NCBI GenBank assembly: GCA_028865095.1
Contig: JAGWLA010000001.1
Coordinates: 137,806-201,805 of the forward strand
DNA from: Patescibacteria group bacterium
GTDB taxonomy: Bacteria > Patescibacteriota > Minisyncoccia > Phycocordibacterales > PALSA-1337
Direction: 5' to 3'
DNA length: 64,000 bases
A program made the position numbers and the translations under genes. Under the pieces are notes generated by a model. It ran no database searches, was not told the origin of the DNA, and was given only the letters and a program-made list of their open reading frames with translations. Below are positions 30,844 through 39,951 of the stretch, one piece after another. Positions within the stretch are counted from its first letter, which is position 1. Each line of letters begins with the position of its first letter.

Positions 30844-33120
30844 ATGAATCTTAAACGTTATCAAACAAACGCGATTGAAACGCTGGACAAATTCTTGGAA
30901 CTTTCCAAGAAGATGAAACCTCGCCATGCTTTTAATGAGATTACTGAACAAGTTTACAATCATGAGTGGTTCAATGATGTCCCATTTGTCTGTATCCGTA
31001 TTCCTACTGGTGGCGGTAAGACGCTCGTAGGATGTAAGTCTGTGGAGCGGATAATGAGCACTACGCTCCAGAATAAAATGGATACAGGTATAGTGATGTG
31101 GTTTGTACCATCCGATTCAATAAAAAAGCAAACGCTTGAGAAGTTTAGAGATCCGAAAGATTGGCATTATCAAATGCTTCATGAATCTTTTGGTGCAAAG
31201 ATTCAGATTCTTTCAAACGAGGAAGCTCTTACTATTTCACTGGAAAACGTAAGAGATAATTTGTGCATAATTGTAGCGAGCCTTGATGCGTTTCGTAAGG
31301 ACGCTTCCATACAGAAGAAATATAAGGTTTATAAGGAGAACGGTTCCTTGATGGGACACTTTGAGAATCTGAAGAATGATACCAATCTCGAAAAGGATTC
31401 AGATAATACGGTCATAAATTCTCTTGCAAACGTAATCCGCAAAAACAACCCACTCATCGTTATTGATGAAGGACATCATACTCAAACGGATCTCTCTGTA
31501 CGTTTTTTGTCTGATCTGAAGCCAGCTTTTATCATCGAATTTACCGCCACTCCGCGTGACGGTAGTAATGTTCTTGTTAAGACTAGTGCTTCTGAATTAA
31601 AAGTCGAGGAAATGGTGAAGATTCCTATTGTCTTAGAAAGTCGTTCGCAGTGGGAACAGGTTGTTTTAGACGGTATCACGAAGCGTAATGAGCTTGAGAA
31701 GAATGCTAAAAAACTAAAAGGAGAATATGTTCGCCCGATCGCATTATTGCAGGCTCAACCTGTTAGTAAGACGAGATTAACTGTTACTGTTGAAGCCTTG
31801 AAGGAAATGCTCCTTAAGCACAAAATTCCTGAAGAGCAAATAAAGATAAAAATATCAGGATTAGATGAACTTGAGGGGATAGATCTTTTCGATAAGAAAT
31901 GCGAGGTTCGTTATATTTTGACTGTAAATGCACTGGCAGAAGGTTGGGATTGTTCTTTTGCTTACGTGCTTATATCTGTCGCAAATCTAGGAGCGAAAAT
32001 AGCGGTTGAACAGATCATCGGTAGAGTTATTCGTATGCCGCATGCACGACGAAAATCTGACGAATCTCTCAATAGGAGTTATGTGTTTGCTTCTGCCGCC
32101 AAATTTGATGAAGCCGCTTCAAAAGTTATCAAAGGGCTCGAAGATAATGGATACAGCAGGTCCGATTTTGTGCAAGCGAGTGGAGAAAAAGATTATAACG
32201 ATCCACTAGAAGCTAAAAAAGCTGTTAAAAAAGATCTGAAGGTTCCAATAATGGCCATTGGTAAGGATAAACTCGCATTCGAGGATTTACTCAGTGAAAA
32301 TTTTGAGTTGGCGAAGGAGGATCCGGATTTCGATTTTAAAATTCACTATGATCTCGATGGGCAGGCGACTATAGATATCACTGAAGATGACGAATGGCTA
32401 CAGGGTAAACAGTTGTCATTGTCTTTTCAGTATTTGGAAGGTGAACATACAGTAGAAGAGTTGGCATCTTGGCTTGACAAAAAGTTACGTTTTCCAATGG
32501 TGAACCCTGCCGACAAACTTTCATTTATCGAAAAGGCTATACAAATACAGATCAAGAAGCATAAGCGCTCACTTCCTGAACTTTCAGTTAATCGCTACTT
32601 GTTAGCTGATCGTCTTGGTACAGTTATTACTGATCGTCTTGAGTCTCACGCCAGAAAAAACTTTGATAAGCTCATTTCATCCAAGAAAATATCGACCAGT
32701 GTTTTTGATGCTTATCCTGATACCATAGCTCTCAAGTCACCTCTAGCTAAAGTCTTCAATAAGAATCTATACGAGAGAATTGATGCTGTTAATGGTGAAG
32801 AGAGGGGGTTCGTCGAACGTATGGATCTTGGTACTCTAGACAATATCGAATTTTGGGTCCGCAATCGCGAAAAGGTCGATCCGTTTTACATACAAGGTTG
32901 GAGGAGGGGTAAATTCTATCCGGACTTTGTAGCAGTAACTAAAAAGGGAAATATTGTCGCACTTGAGTGGAAGGGGGAGGATCGTATAAGTAATGAGGAT
33001 ACTGCGTATAAGGTCGAAATCGCAAAAGAATGGGAAAAGTTAGGTAAAGGGAAACTCCACTTTTTCCTTGTACATAATGGAAACGCGGAAGAAGTTCTCA
33101 ATGCTATAAAAAATCTGTAG
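30844..33120 (+). CDS. res: Type III restriction endonuclease/helicase (Res)
   Basis: PTGGGKT, IDEGHH, EGWDC, QIIGRVIR, C-terminal YPDF..LEWKG. Confidence 0.9.
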   Translation: MNLKRYQTNAIETLDKFLELSKKMKPRHAFNEITEQVYNHEWFNDVPFVCIRIPTGGGKTLVGCKSVERIMSTTLQNKMDTGIVMWFVPSDSIKKQTLEKFRDPKDWHYQMLHESFGAKIQILSNEEALTISLENVRDNLCIIVASLDAFRKDASIQKKYKVYKENGSLMGHFENLKNDTNLEKDSDNTVINSLANVIRKNNPLIVIDEGHHTQTDLSVRFLSDLKPAFIIEFTATPRDGSNVLVKTSASELKVEEMVKIPIVLESRSQWEQVVLDGITKRNELEKNAKKLKGEYVRPIALLQAQPVSKTRLTVTVEALKEMLLKHKIPEEQIKIKISGLDELEGIDLFDKKCEVRYILTVNALAEGWDCSFAYVLISVANLGAKIAVEQIIGRVIRMPHARRKSDESLNRSYVFASAAKFDEAASKVIKGLEDNGYSRSDFVQASGEKDYNDPLEAKKAVKKDLKVPIMAIGKDKLAFEDLLSENFELAKEDPDFDFKIHYDLDGQATIDITEDDEWLQGKQLSLSFQYLEGEHTVEELASWLDKKLRFPMVNPADKLSFIEKAIQIQIKKHKRSLPELSVNRYLLADRLGTVITDRLESHARKNFDKLISSKKISTSVFDAYPDTIALKSPLAKVFNKNLYERIDAVNGEERGFVERMDLGTLDNIEFWVRNREKVDPFYIQGWRRGKFYPDFVAVTKKGNIVALEWKGEDRISNEDTAYKVEIAKEWEKLGKGKLHFFLVHNGNAEEVLNAIKNL

Positions 33121-33122
33121 TT

Positions 33123-33917
33123 ATGAATCCAAGAGGGTGGACTAAAACAGAATTAGAAGAATGGCTCAAGAACCCTCTTACGCAGGAAAGAAAAGGTTTT
33201 GATCTTAAGGCAATAATTCCTCCACACGATGCGGGCAAGAATGATCTCAAAAAAGATTTTTGTGGTTTTGCAAACGGAACGGGCGGTTTTCTCTTTTTCG
33301 GTATCAAAGACGACAAGTCAATAATTGGAATAAATGAGGACAATAATTTTACGACTAGGATAAGTGAAATTGTCACGAAACACATTTTTCCTACAACAAT
33401 ATTATGGGATCTCTGTGCATGTATAAAAGTCGATAGTGGGAAATGTGTTTATGTTATTGAGATTATTGAGAGTCCTTATTGGCAAAAACCTCACGTGTTT
33501 TTCCGCGAAAGCGACGGTCTTTTCATACCCTTGAGGGAGAATGGAAATAAAAGAAACATTACGGATGGTTCTGAACTGAGAAGAATATGTTTAAAGACAG
33601 ACAATTATTATCCAGAATACAATACACACGTCCTTAATATTCTCAGAGAATTGAAAAACAAACCGAGACCATTTTTTAGTCTAACTGATGCTGTTATTAT
33701 TCAAGGGTATAAATCGTTCTTACGTTCCCAGTCTGAGACACAATACGGACAAATTCTTATCGAAATTGAGAACATAGAAATGGCTGTGGCCGAATTGAAC
33801 AAGAAGCATTTTTCAGGAGTTGCGGACGGCAATCCAATTGTTTCTGCAGATCAAGATGGTAAACTCGGCAAGTTGGTCGATGATTTTGTTTCAAACTTTG
33901 GCAGACAAATAATATGA
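33123..33917 (+). CDS. Schlafen/AlbA_2 domain protein
   Basis: QERKGFDLK, KDFCGFANGTGGFLFFGIKD, KPH. Confidence 0.82.
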   Translation: MNPRGWTKTELEEWLKNPLTQERKGFDLKAIIPPHDAGKNDLKKDFCGFANGTGGFLFFGIKDDKSIIGINEDNNFTTRISEIVTKHIFPTTILWDLCACIKVDSGKCVYVIEIIESPYWQKPHVFFRESDGLFIPLRENGNKRNITDGSELRRICLKTDNYYPEYNTHVLNILRELKNKPRPFFSLTDAVIIQGYKSFLRSQSETQYGQILIEIENIEMAVAELNKKHFSGVADGNPIVSADQDGKLGKLVDDFVSNFGRQII

Positions 33918-36900
33918 AAAAGATGACAAGTGGACAAGCGAACATTGCAGGGATAAATGCACAGGTATGGGCAGCTATGTCCTTGTTCTTGCAATTTCTG
34001 CGTGACCCGAGATTTATACAAATTCATCTTGAAGCTCCAGGTTTTCAAGATTTTAATCTTCTATTTAATGATGGTAAGAAAATCATCTGTGAATCCAAAG
34101 ATAGAAAACAGCCCTTTAACTACGCTGATCTTAAAAAGATACTGAAAAATGTCGCTGGTAATCAATCCCTCTCAAAGGACGATGAAATTTTAATTGTTTG
34201 CCGATCTGCAAACAAGAATCTTGTGAGTGATGTAAGACATGGACGTTATTTCGAAGAGATCAAAAATAAATTTAAAAAGAAGGGCTATTCTGATGCACAG
34301 GTGAGCTTACTGCAAAATGTAAAATTCTGGGTAATTCCACCTTCGTTTAATGAGCAGATTATCTATTCTTTATTTACTGATCTCGTAAGCTTTTGGCTAC
34401 CGGCAAGTGATATCGAGAAAATTGTCGACAATATTTTGGTGCAAAAAATCTATAAAGGATCGGCAAAGGGAGCTACCTATAGCAGAGTTGATATTTTAAA
34501 AGAAATAAATCAGCTTGCTGATGATGCAAAAAACAATAGTGTTTATTATAACGATGGTTTGCAAAAAAGAGAGGATCAGTTTTCCAATCTTGAGAAAGCT
34601 CTCAGTAATCCTAAAGATGGAACCTGGAATATACCAAAGGAACTCTCTGCATTTTCCACAGATTATGAAAGGTTAAGATTTGCGACAAATCGGCTAACCA
34701 ACCAAAAAGACATTCTTAATCTTTCGGAGTGGGACCCTCTATGGCAGTTAAACAAGGTGTATTTTTTCACTTTTGGTATTTTTACTATTTTTGAAAATAA
34801 TCTACATACAAAGGAGAACAGGGATTATGTAATTGGGCATATAAAAAAATATGTTAAACAGATTAGAGGTTTTTATCAGGCAGATTTTTTCAATGTAAAT
34901 GTGGTGAAATTAGTCGGTAAGATCATCGATGGCCCAGATGGGGGTCAATATCTTATTCGAGCCTACGATATTATTAAAGACCTCATCACTTCAAACGAAA
35001 AGGAATTTTTCTACATGAAGGAGAATGGCTATGACCACGGACAATGGGAAAAAGGTGAAATATGCAAGCTCTTGCAAAAAATCTATCATCATAAAGATGC
35101 CGATGAAGCCTTAAAGCAAAAAATCTTTAATCTCTCAATTACCGCCTTTAATCTTATAGAAGACGAAGGAGAGTTTAGCCATCATACACCCCCTGAAATA
35201 TTTGCGATTTTGGCAAGTTGGCTTCAAGAAGATTTCATTAATCGTTTCAAAAAAATAGTAAAGATTCTTGCAGATCAATACGATAAATACTACAAACAAT
35301 TCGGTAAGAAGATGGCTTTCGCCGGATGGGAGCATATGGGTGGCGGCATATCATTCAGTGGCGGTTATCATGCTTCGGACCGACATTTTATGGGAATTCT
35401 TGCACCTGCGATAAGGAAATATTATGACCTCAATCCCACTGAGGGTTGGAAGCTCATCAAAGAAAAGTGTATCAGTAAGACAAATCAGGTAAGTAAAACA
35501 CGTCCGGATTTTCTTAATAGGGCAGTTTACGAGATTGTCTTAGAAAGATATGCCCAGGACAACAAGACCATTGCTGCTGAAGCATTCTCCATATTGAGTG
35601 AATTGATCCTTTCTCGGAAAGGTATTCCGCATAAGTCTGATCTCATTTACCAGACGGTACGCGGGATGGCAATTTCAGATGATAAAAAATGGAAACTCGT
35701 TGAGTTAACTGCAAAAAAATACGGAGTACCAGTTAATCCATTTGCCGAGCAAATTATTGCGGGTCTCGCTAAGAAAGGACATGTGGAAGCCAGAGCAGAA
35801 CTTAAACGATGGTTTGCTGAACCAAAGTATTATCATCGATTCATGTTCGGCGAAGACGCAGTTTCCACAATTAAAGCATTGCTTGATAGCGATCTCAATT
35901 TTGCTGTTGAGTTATTCCAAGCGTTGCTTGATAGTTATTATTTTAAGAATGGTAAAAGTGACAGTTTAAGTCCTTTTACGGTTGCCGCCTTACTCCAGGT
36001 TATCTTAAGCAAGGACTATGCTAAAGGTCTCGGTCTCTTGAGATTTCTAGAGTCACAAGAGGTATTGACCAAAGATCAGCAATCAATTTATTGTTTCAGT
36101 TTGTTTAACAATCACGGCAATGATGATTCAGACGACATCGAATTGCTGATGAAAGTATATAAAGATGTAATTGATCCTTTATTAATCAAGTTTGATGACA
36201 CTGAAAAAATTGTTAAGAGATTTCCCAATGATGGCGCGCGAGCTGCTCTCGTACAGTTTGCTGTTCGTCTGGCGGTAAAAAAGAAAATGACAGAGGCTCT
36301 TAGGATTATCAAATCATTTGTTAGTGATCCTGATCCATATTTAACCGATAAGGACCCAAATGATCCTAAGAATGAATATAACGAGCAAAAAAGGATTGAA
36401 GAAGGAAAAGAACCGAACAATATTACCTCTGTACGCGGTTGGTGTGGTTGGGCATTGATGAAATGCTCGGTCCTAGAAGGTCGTGAAAAAATCCCAGAAA
36501 TAATTTCTTTAGCTTCAAAACTTGCTGAGGACAGAAATTATTACGCGGTTCATATGGCTACATTTGCACTTGCCCAGTTGGCAAAAAATAGATTGACGGT
36601 CTTACCGGATAACAAAGAGGTACTTTTTTTCAACGACGATAAGACAAAGGCACTAAAAATGGCAAAACAAATTGAGGGCATTGCCTTTAAACTACTCGAG
36701 CAACTTCTTTCGTGGCCCGAAAAGGTTCAAATAGCCATGTCAAAAAGTGTTCTACACGTTTTCGATCCTATACGATCACTCAATGAACAAGATGCACTTC
36801 ATCTGATTGAAGACCTTGCCAAACTTCCAAAAGAAACAGTAGCTGAATCCGCACCGTTGTTCATATATTTTGCTGAATTTCGAAAGGATGCCTACCCAGA

Positions 36901-37546
36901 TTGGAAATTTAGTGCCCCTGGCCTTTATGATGATCTGGGTCCAGATAAATATAATGAGAAGAAATTCAAGAAAATTCTTATTGAGACTGTGCACCGGCTC
37001 CAAAAAAATGACCCGAATAGTTGCTTCAGATTTGCTGCTTCCGTAGAACATCTGACACGAGAGCCTGGAGATGGGGGTATTAAAAAATATACCGATCTTG
37101 CTTTGGAATATTTTGATTTTCTTACGGACGCTTATGGTCATAACATATACAATCTTATCTACATGACCATTGAGGCAAAACTTCAAAAACCTGATGATTA
37201 TTTAGACCAATGGTTCAACCTTTTGATAAAGTGCTTCAAAATTGAGGGGGAATTTTATCGAAAAGAAATAAAAGCAGGTAATGCGGCAAAGGTTTATTGG
37301 TACCCAACTTTGTATCACTCAAGGATAGTAGAGTTAGTTAACGAACGATTTGATAAAGAAAAGTTTATGGAGATTGCGAAGATATTCTTCAATTTTCCTA
37401 AAGAGCTCGATTTAAATGAGTCAGATGGACTAATATCTCTTCTTAGGGAATTTGCAAAGACTGATCCAGAGGCAAAGACCATTCTCCAAAACTTGCTTAA
37501 AAAGAGCCCAAGCAAGTATTGGTATCTTAGGGATGAGTTGAAATAA
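33914..37546 (+). CDS. 1210-aa protein: N-terminal Cap4/DUF4297-like PD-(D/E)xK nuclease plus long helical region
   Basis: SGQANIAGINAQ..LEAPGFQDF..ICESKD; remainder helical; no Walker A seen. Confidence 0.65.
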   Translation: MKKMTSGQANIAGINAQVWAAMSLFLQFLRDPRFIQIHLEAPGFQDFNLLFNDGKKIICESKDRKQPFNYADLKKILKNVAGNQSLSKDDEILIVCRSANKNLVSDVRHGRYFEEIKNKFKKKGYSDAQVSLLQNVKFWVIPPSFNEQIIYSLFTDLVSFWLPASDIEKIVDNILVQKIYKGSAKGATYSRVDILKEINQLADDAKNNSVYYNDGLQKREDQFSNLEKALSNPKDGTWNIPKELSAFSTDYERLRFATNRLTNQKDILNLSEWDPLWQLNKVYFFTFGIFTIFENNLHTKENRDYVIGHIKKYVKQIRGFYQADFFNVNVVKLVGKIIDGPDGGQYLIRAYDIIKDLITSNEKEFFYMKENGYDHGQWEKGEICKLLQKIYHHKDADEALKQKIFNLSITAFNLIEDEGEFSHHTPPEIFAILASWLQEDFINRFKKIVKILADQYDKYYKQFGKKMAFAGWEHMGGGISFSGGYHASDRHFMGILAPAIRKYYDLNPTEGWKLIKEKCISKTNQVSKTRPDFLNRAVYEIVLERYAQDNKTIAAEAFSILSELILSRKGIPHKSDLIYQTVRGMAISDDKKWKLVELTAKKYGVPVNPFAEQIIAGLAKKGHVEARAELKRWFAEPKYYHRFMFGEDAVSTIKALLDSDLNFAVELFQALLDSYYFKNGKSDSLSPFTVAALLQVILSKDYAKGLGLLRFLESQEVLTKDQQSIYCFSLFNNHGNDDSDDIELLMKVYKDVIDPLLIKFDDTEKIVKRFPNDGARAALVQFAVRLAVKKKMTEALRIIKSFVSDPDPYLTDKDPNDPKNEYNEQKRIEEGKEPNNITSVRGWCGWALMKCSVLEGREKIPEIISLASKLAEDRNYYAVHMATFALAQLAKNRLTVLPDNKEVLFFNDDKTKALKMAKQIEGIAFKLLEQLLSWPEKVQIAMSKSVLHVFDPIRSLNEQDALHLIEDLAKLPKETVAESAPLFIYFAEFRKDAYPDWKFSAPGLYDDLGPDKYNEKKFKKILIETVHRLQKNDPNSCFRFAASVEHLTREPGDGGIKKYTDLALEYFDFLTDAYGHNIYNLIYMTIEAKLQKPDDYLDQWFNLLIKCFKIEGEFYRKEIKAGNAAKVYWYPTLYHSRIVELVNERFDKEKFMEIAKIFFNFPKELDLNESDGLISLLREFAKTDPEAKTILQNLLKKSPSKYWYLRDELK

Positions 37547-37560
37547 ATCTCAAATATAAT

Positions 37561-38214
37561 ATGGGAAAATTAAGTCAATCTGGTGTTGGGTTTTGGTACG
37601 GAAAATTAAAGTCCCAACTGGAGTTATTAAAGGAGAAAAAGGATAAGGAACCACTAGAGCGAGCATTTGCCCTCGACATAGCCTTGTCATATCTTTTCCT
37701 CTATTTGTTTATAGAATCGACGATTGATCAATTAGCTATGAATTTATTTCCGCAAGTACTTCGGCTCAATAGTTATGATAAGTATAAATCTCAGCGACGA
37801 AATATATATCAGAAGGTCGAATATCTTTTTGGGAGCTTTTGTTCGATACTACCATTTCAACGGTACTCTGATCTAAGAGACAAAATAAAGCCGATAACAA
37901 ATATGAGAAATAATGTAGTCCATCTTGAAGAGATGGTTTGGTATGTAAATGATCTTTTTGATAAAGAAGGGAAAATGAATAGTCATCATAAAGAGATTCC
38001 CAATAAATATACAAAGGATCTAACAATAACTGCTTTACGAAATCATTATGAATCAGCGTGGGAATTTCTGGAGGTATTTAGGGTAACTCTTAATGACGGA
38101 CTCGGAAATAGAAGTATTGAAGTCAATTATGATGGTGAGAAAAGGACTATAAATCTCGTTGATTATATGTATGAAATCTCGGTTGTTCCACCAAAGAATC
38201 GAGTTGAATTTTGA
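37561..38214 (+). CDS. HEPN-domain protein (putative RNase)
   Basis: FIE..I, MRNNVVH (Rx4H), all-helical. Confidence 0.65.
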   Translation: MGKLSQSGVGFWYGKLKSQLELLKEKKDKEPLERAFALDIALSYLFLYLFIESTIDQLAMNLFPQVLRLNSYDKYKSQRRNIYQKVEYLFGSFCSILPFQRYSDLRDKIKPITNMRNNVVHLEEMVWYVNDLFDKEGKMNSHHKEIPNKYTKDLTITALRNHYESAWEFLEVFRVTLNDGLGNRSIEVNYDGEKRTINLVDYMYEISVVPPKNRVEF

Positions 38215-38285
38215 TTTGAAACCAGTATTCTAGATCATAAAAATTGATGCATTGTCATCTTAAACTCTTTTTGATACTCTAATAT

Positions 38286-38460
38286 CACAACTGAATATGA
38301 GCAGCCTAAACCCTTTGACAAGGGCATGGCTCACAAGACCCGATAAAGAATACTGAACCCCACGTTCAGCGACTCTTTATCGGGCCATATCGGGAAACTG
38401 GTATGGGGCCGCAAGGCCTAAAGCTAGCGTGGGGCTTAGTGTATCTACACTTGTCCTCAC
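38286..38460 (+). ncRNA. Candidate structured ncRNA / leader RNA
   Basis: Promoter TTGTCA-17-TACTCT (38252-38280); 11-bp perfect stem, two GNRA-capped hairpins, loop CCCCACG complementary to CGTGGGG. Confidence 0.7.
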
Positions 38461-38472
38461 GCCATGTAACCC

Positions 38473-39384
38473 ATGGCAATATTTCAAATACACAACGAAG
38501 CGGTCAAAAAGATACCGCCCATAAAGATAGGGAAGGAAAAGAACATCCAAGAACTTTTTGAGAAAAACCTCGAAGAGATTTTAAACATTAGATTTTTGGC
38601 TACTGAATATTCAACGAGCTTCGGCGGCAGGATAGACAGCCTCGGCGTTGATAATAATGGATCACCGGTCATCATCGAATACAAGAAGGGTCAGAACGAT
38701 AACGTCATCAACCAGGGACTTTCGTACCTTCGTTGGCTCCTTGATCACAAAGCCGACTTCGAGGCATTGGTAAAGAAGAAAAATATCACTACCGACATCG
38801 ATTGGGCATCACCACGAGTTATTTGTGTCGCTGAAAGTTACAACAAATTCGATCTCGATACTGTTGATCTCCTACCGATGGATATTGAGCTTCTTCGATA
38901 TCAGCTCTATGACAGCGGTATACTCCTTGTCGAGCCGGAGGTGCAACGGAAGATCAAGATATCGACTGGAGATATCTTCGACCGGAGTGAGAAGCATAAG
39001 AGGGAATTCAAAGACAAGATCCACTATACCGTCGATGAGCATATAAAAGCGGCTAGTCCGCATATCCAGCACATATTTTCTATGCTGAAAGAGCGCATCT
39101 CCGCTCTAGACGAGTCGATCATCGAGGAAGCAAAAGCAAAGTATATCGCTTACAAGCTCACGACCAATTTCTGTGATGTCGTCATCTTGCGTGATTCGCT
39201 CAAGATATTCATCAACGTACCGAGCGGAGAACTCGATGATCCTCATAGTCTCGCCAGAGATCTCACGAAGCCTAGGCTGGTCGGACATTGGGGAAATGGT
39301 GACTATGAAGTGAAGCTCGAGCGCGAAGAAGATCTGCCAAAGGTCATGTCACTCATAGAACAGGGTTATACATACAACAAATGA
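38473..39384 (+). CDS. NucS/DUF91-like endonuclease fused to DUF5655-like domain
   Basis: EKNIQ..GRIDSLGVD..PVIIEYK..QGLSY; C-terminal KYIAYK..NF..GHWGNGDYE. Confidence 0.78.
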   Translation: MAIFQIHNEAVKKIPPIKIGKEKNIQELFEKNLEEILNIRFLATEYSTSFGGRIDSLGVDNNGSPVIIEYKKGQNDNVINQGLSYLRWLLDHKADFEALVKKKNITTDIDWASPRVICVAESYNKFDLDTVDLLPMDIELLRYQLYDSGILLVEPEVQRKIKISTGDIFDRSEKHKREFKDKIHYTVDEHIKAASPHIQHIFSMLKERISALDESIIEEAKAKYIAYKLTTNFCDVVILRDSLKIFINVPSGELDDPHSLARDLTKPRLVGHWGNGDYEVKLEREEDLPKVMSLIEQGYTYNK

Positions 39385-39470
39385 CTCTATTTCAAACTGT
39401 TGGTAACTTCGCTTCGCAAGGCCTTGAATCCAAGCTAAGGTAGCACACATTACCCATTAACCACATAACT

Positions 39471-39767
39471 ATGCGTACAAAACCACAGTGTCCCAATTGC
39501 AAGTTCTACGGCCGTCTCATGAACAATGGCGTCTTCATGATGGTGGCCGGCATCCTGGCTCTCGGTATCGGCAGTGTCCTTACCATCCTCATCATCACCA
39601 TACCGATCGCCATCATTTTCTTCATATTATCCCCAGTTCTATTTATCATCGGATTCTTTGTCTGGTTCTTTACCAGAGGCAAGGTGCGCTGTATGCGCTG
39701 CCACTGGTCGGGAATGAAGAAAGAAGCCATGTCCCATGCCGATCCTGTCGAGACACAGCGCTCTTGA
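39471..39767 (+). CDS. Small membrane protein with split zinc ribbon
   Basis: CPNC, two TM segments, CMRC. Confidence 0.65.
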   Translation: MRTKPQCPNCKFYGRLMNNGVFMMVAGILALGIGSVLTILIITIPIAIIFFILSPVLFIIGFFVWFFTRGKVRCMRCHWSGMKKEAMSHADPVETQRS

Positions 39768-39951
39768 GTTACGAAGGATCATCAAAGATGCGACCGACAG
39801 GAACATATCGGAAGGGGAAGCGTATGCCATCTGGCACTACCTGCTAAAGCTTCTCAAGGTCTTGTGGCAGATCGAGAAGGGCAATAGGCCACAGAAGAAA
39901 GTACCGGGACAGCAGAGTTTATTTGCAAGAAAGAAGAAGCCGAAGCGCTAG
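39736..39951 (+). CDS. Small hypothetical protein
   Basis: 71-aa helical ORF filling the gap; stop overlaps terminase stop. Confidence 0.5.
   Translation: MPILSRHSALELRRIIKDATDRNISEGEAYAIWHYLLKLLKVLWQIEKGNRPQKKVPGQQSLFARKKKPKR

Noticed and set aside
38286-38460. Retron msr-msd or DGR template
   Set aside because: No reverse transcriptase in the window and no TR/VR repeat pair seen
29243-39407. 9-bp direct repeat GTTGGTAAC (29243-51, 39399-407) flanking the defence block
   Set aside because: Suggestive as a cassette boundary but too short to separate from chance without comparative data; does not fit an integron attC structure
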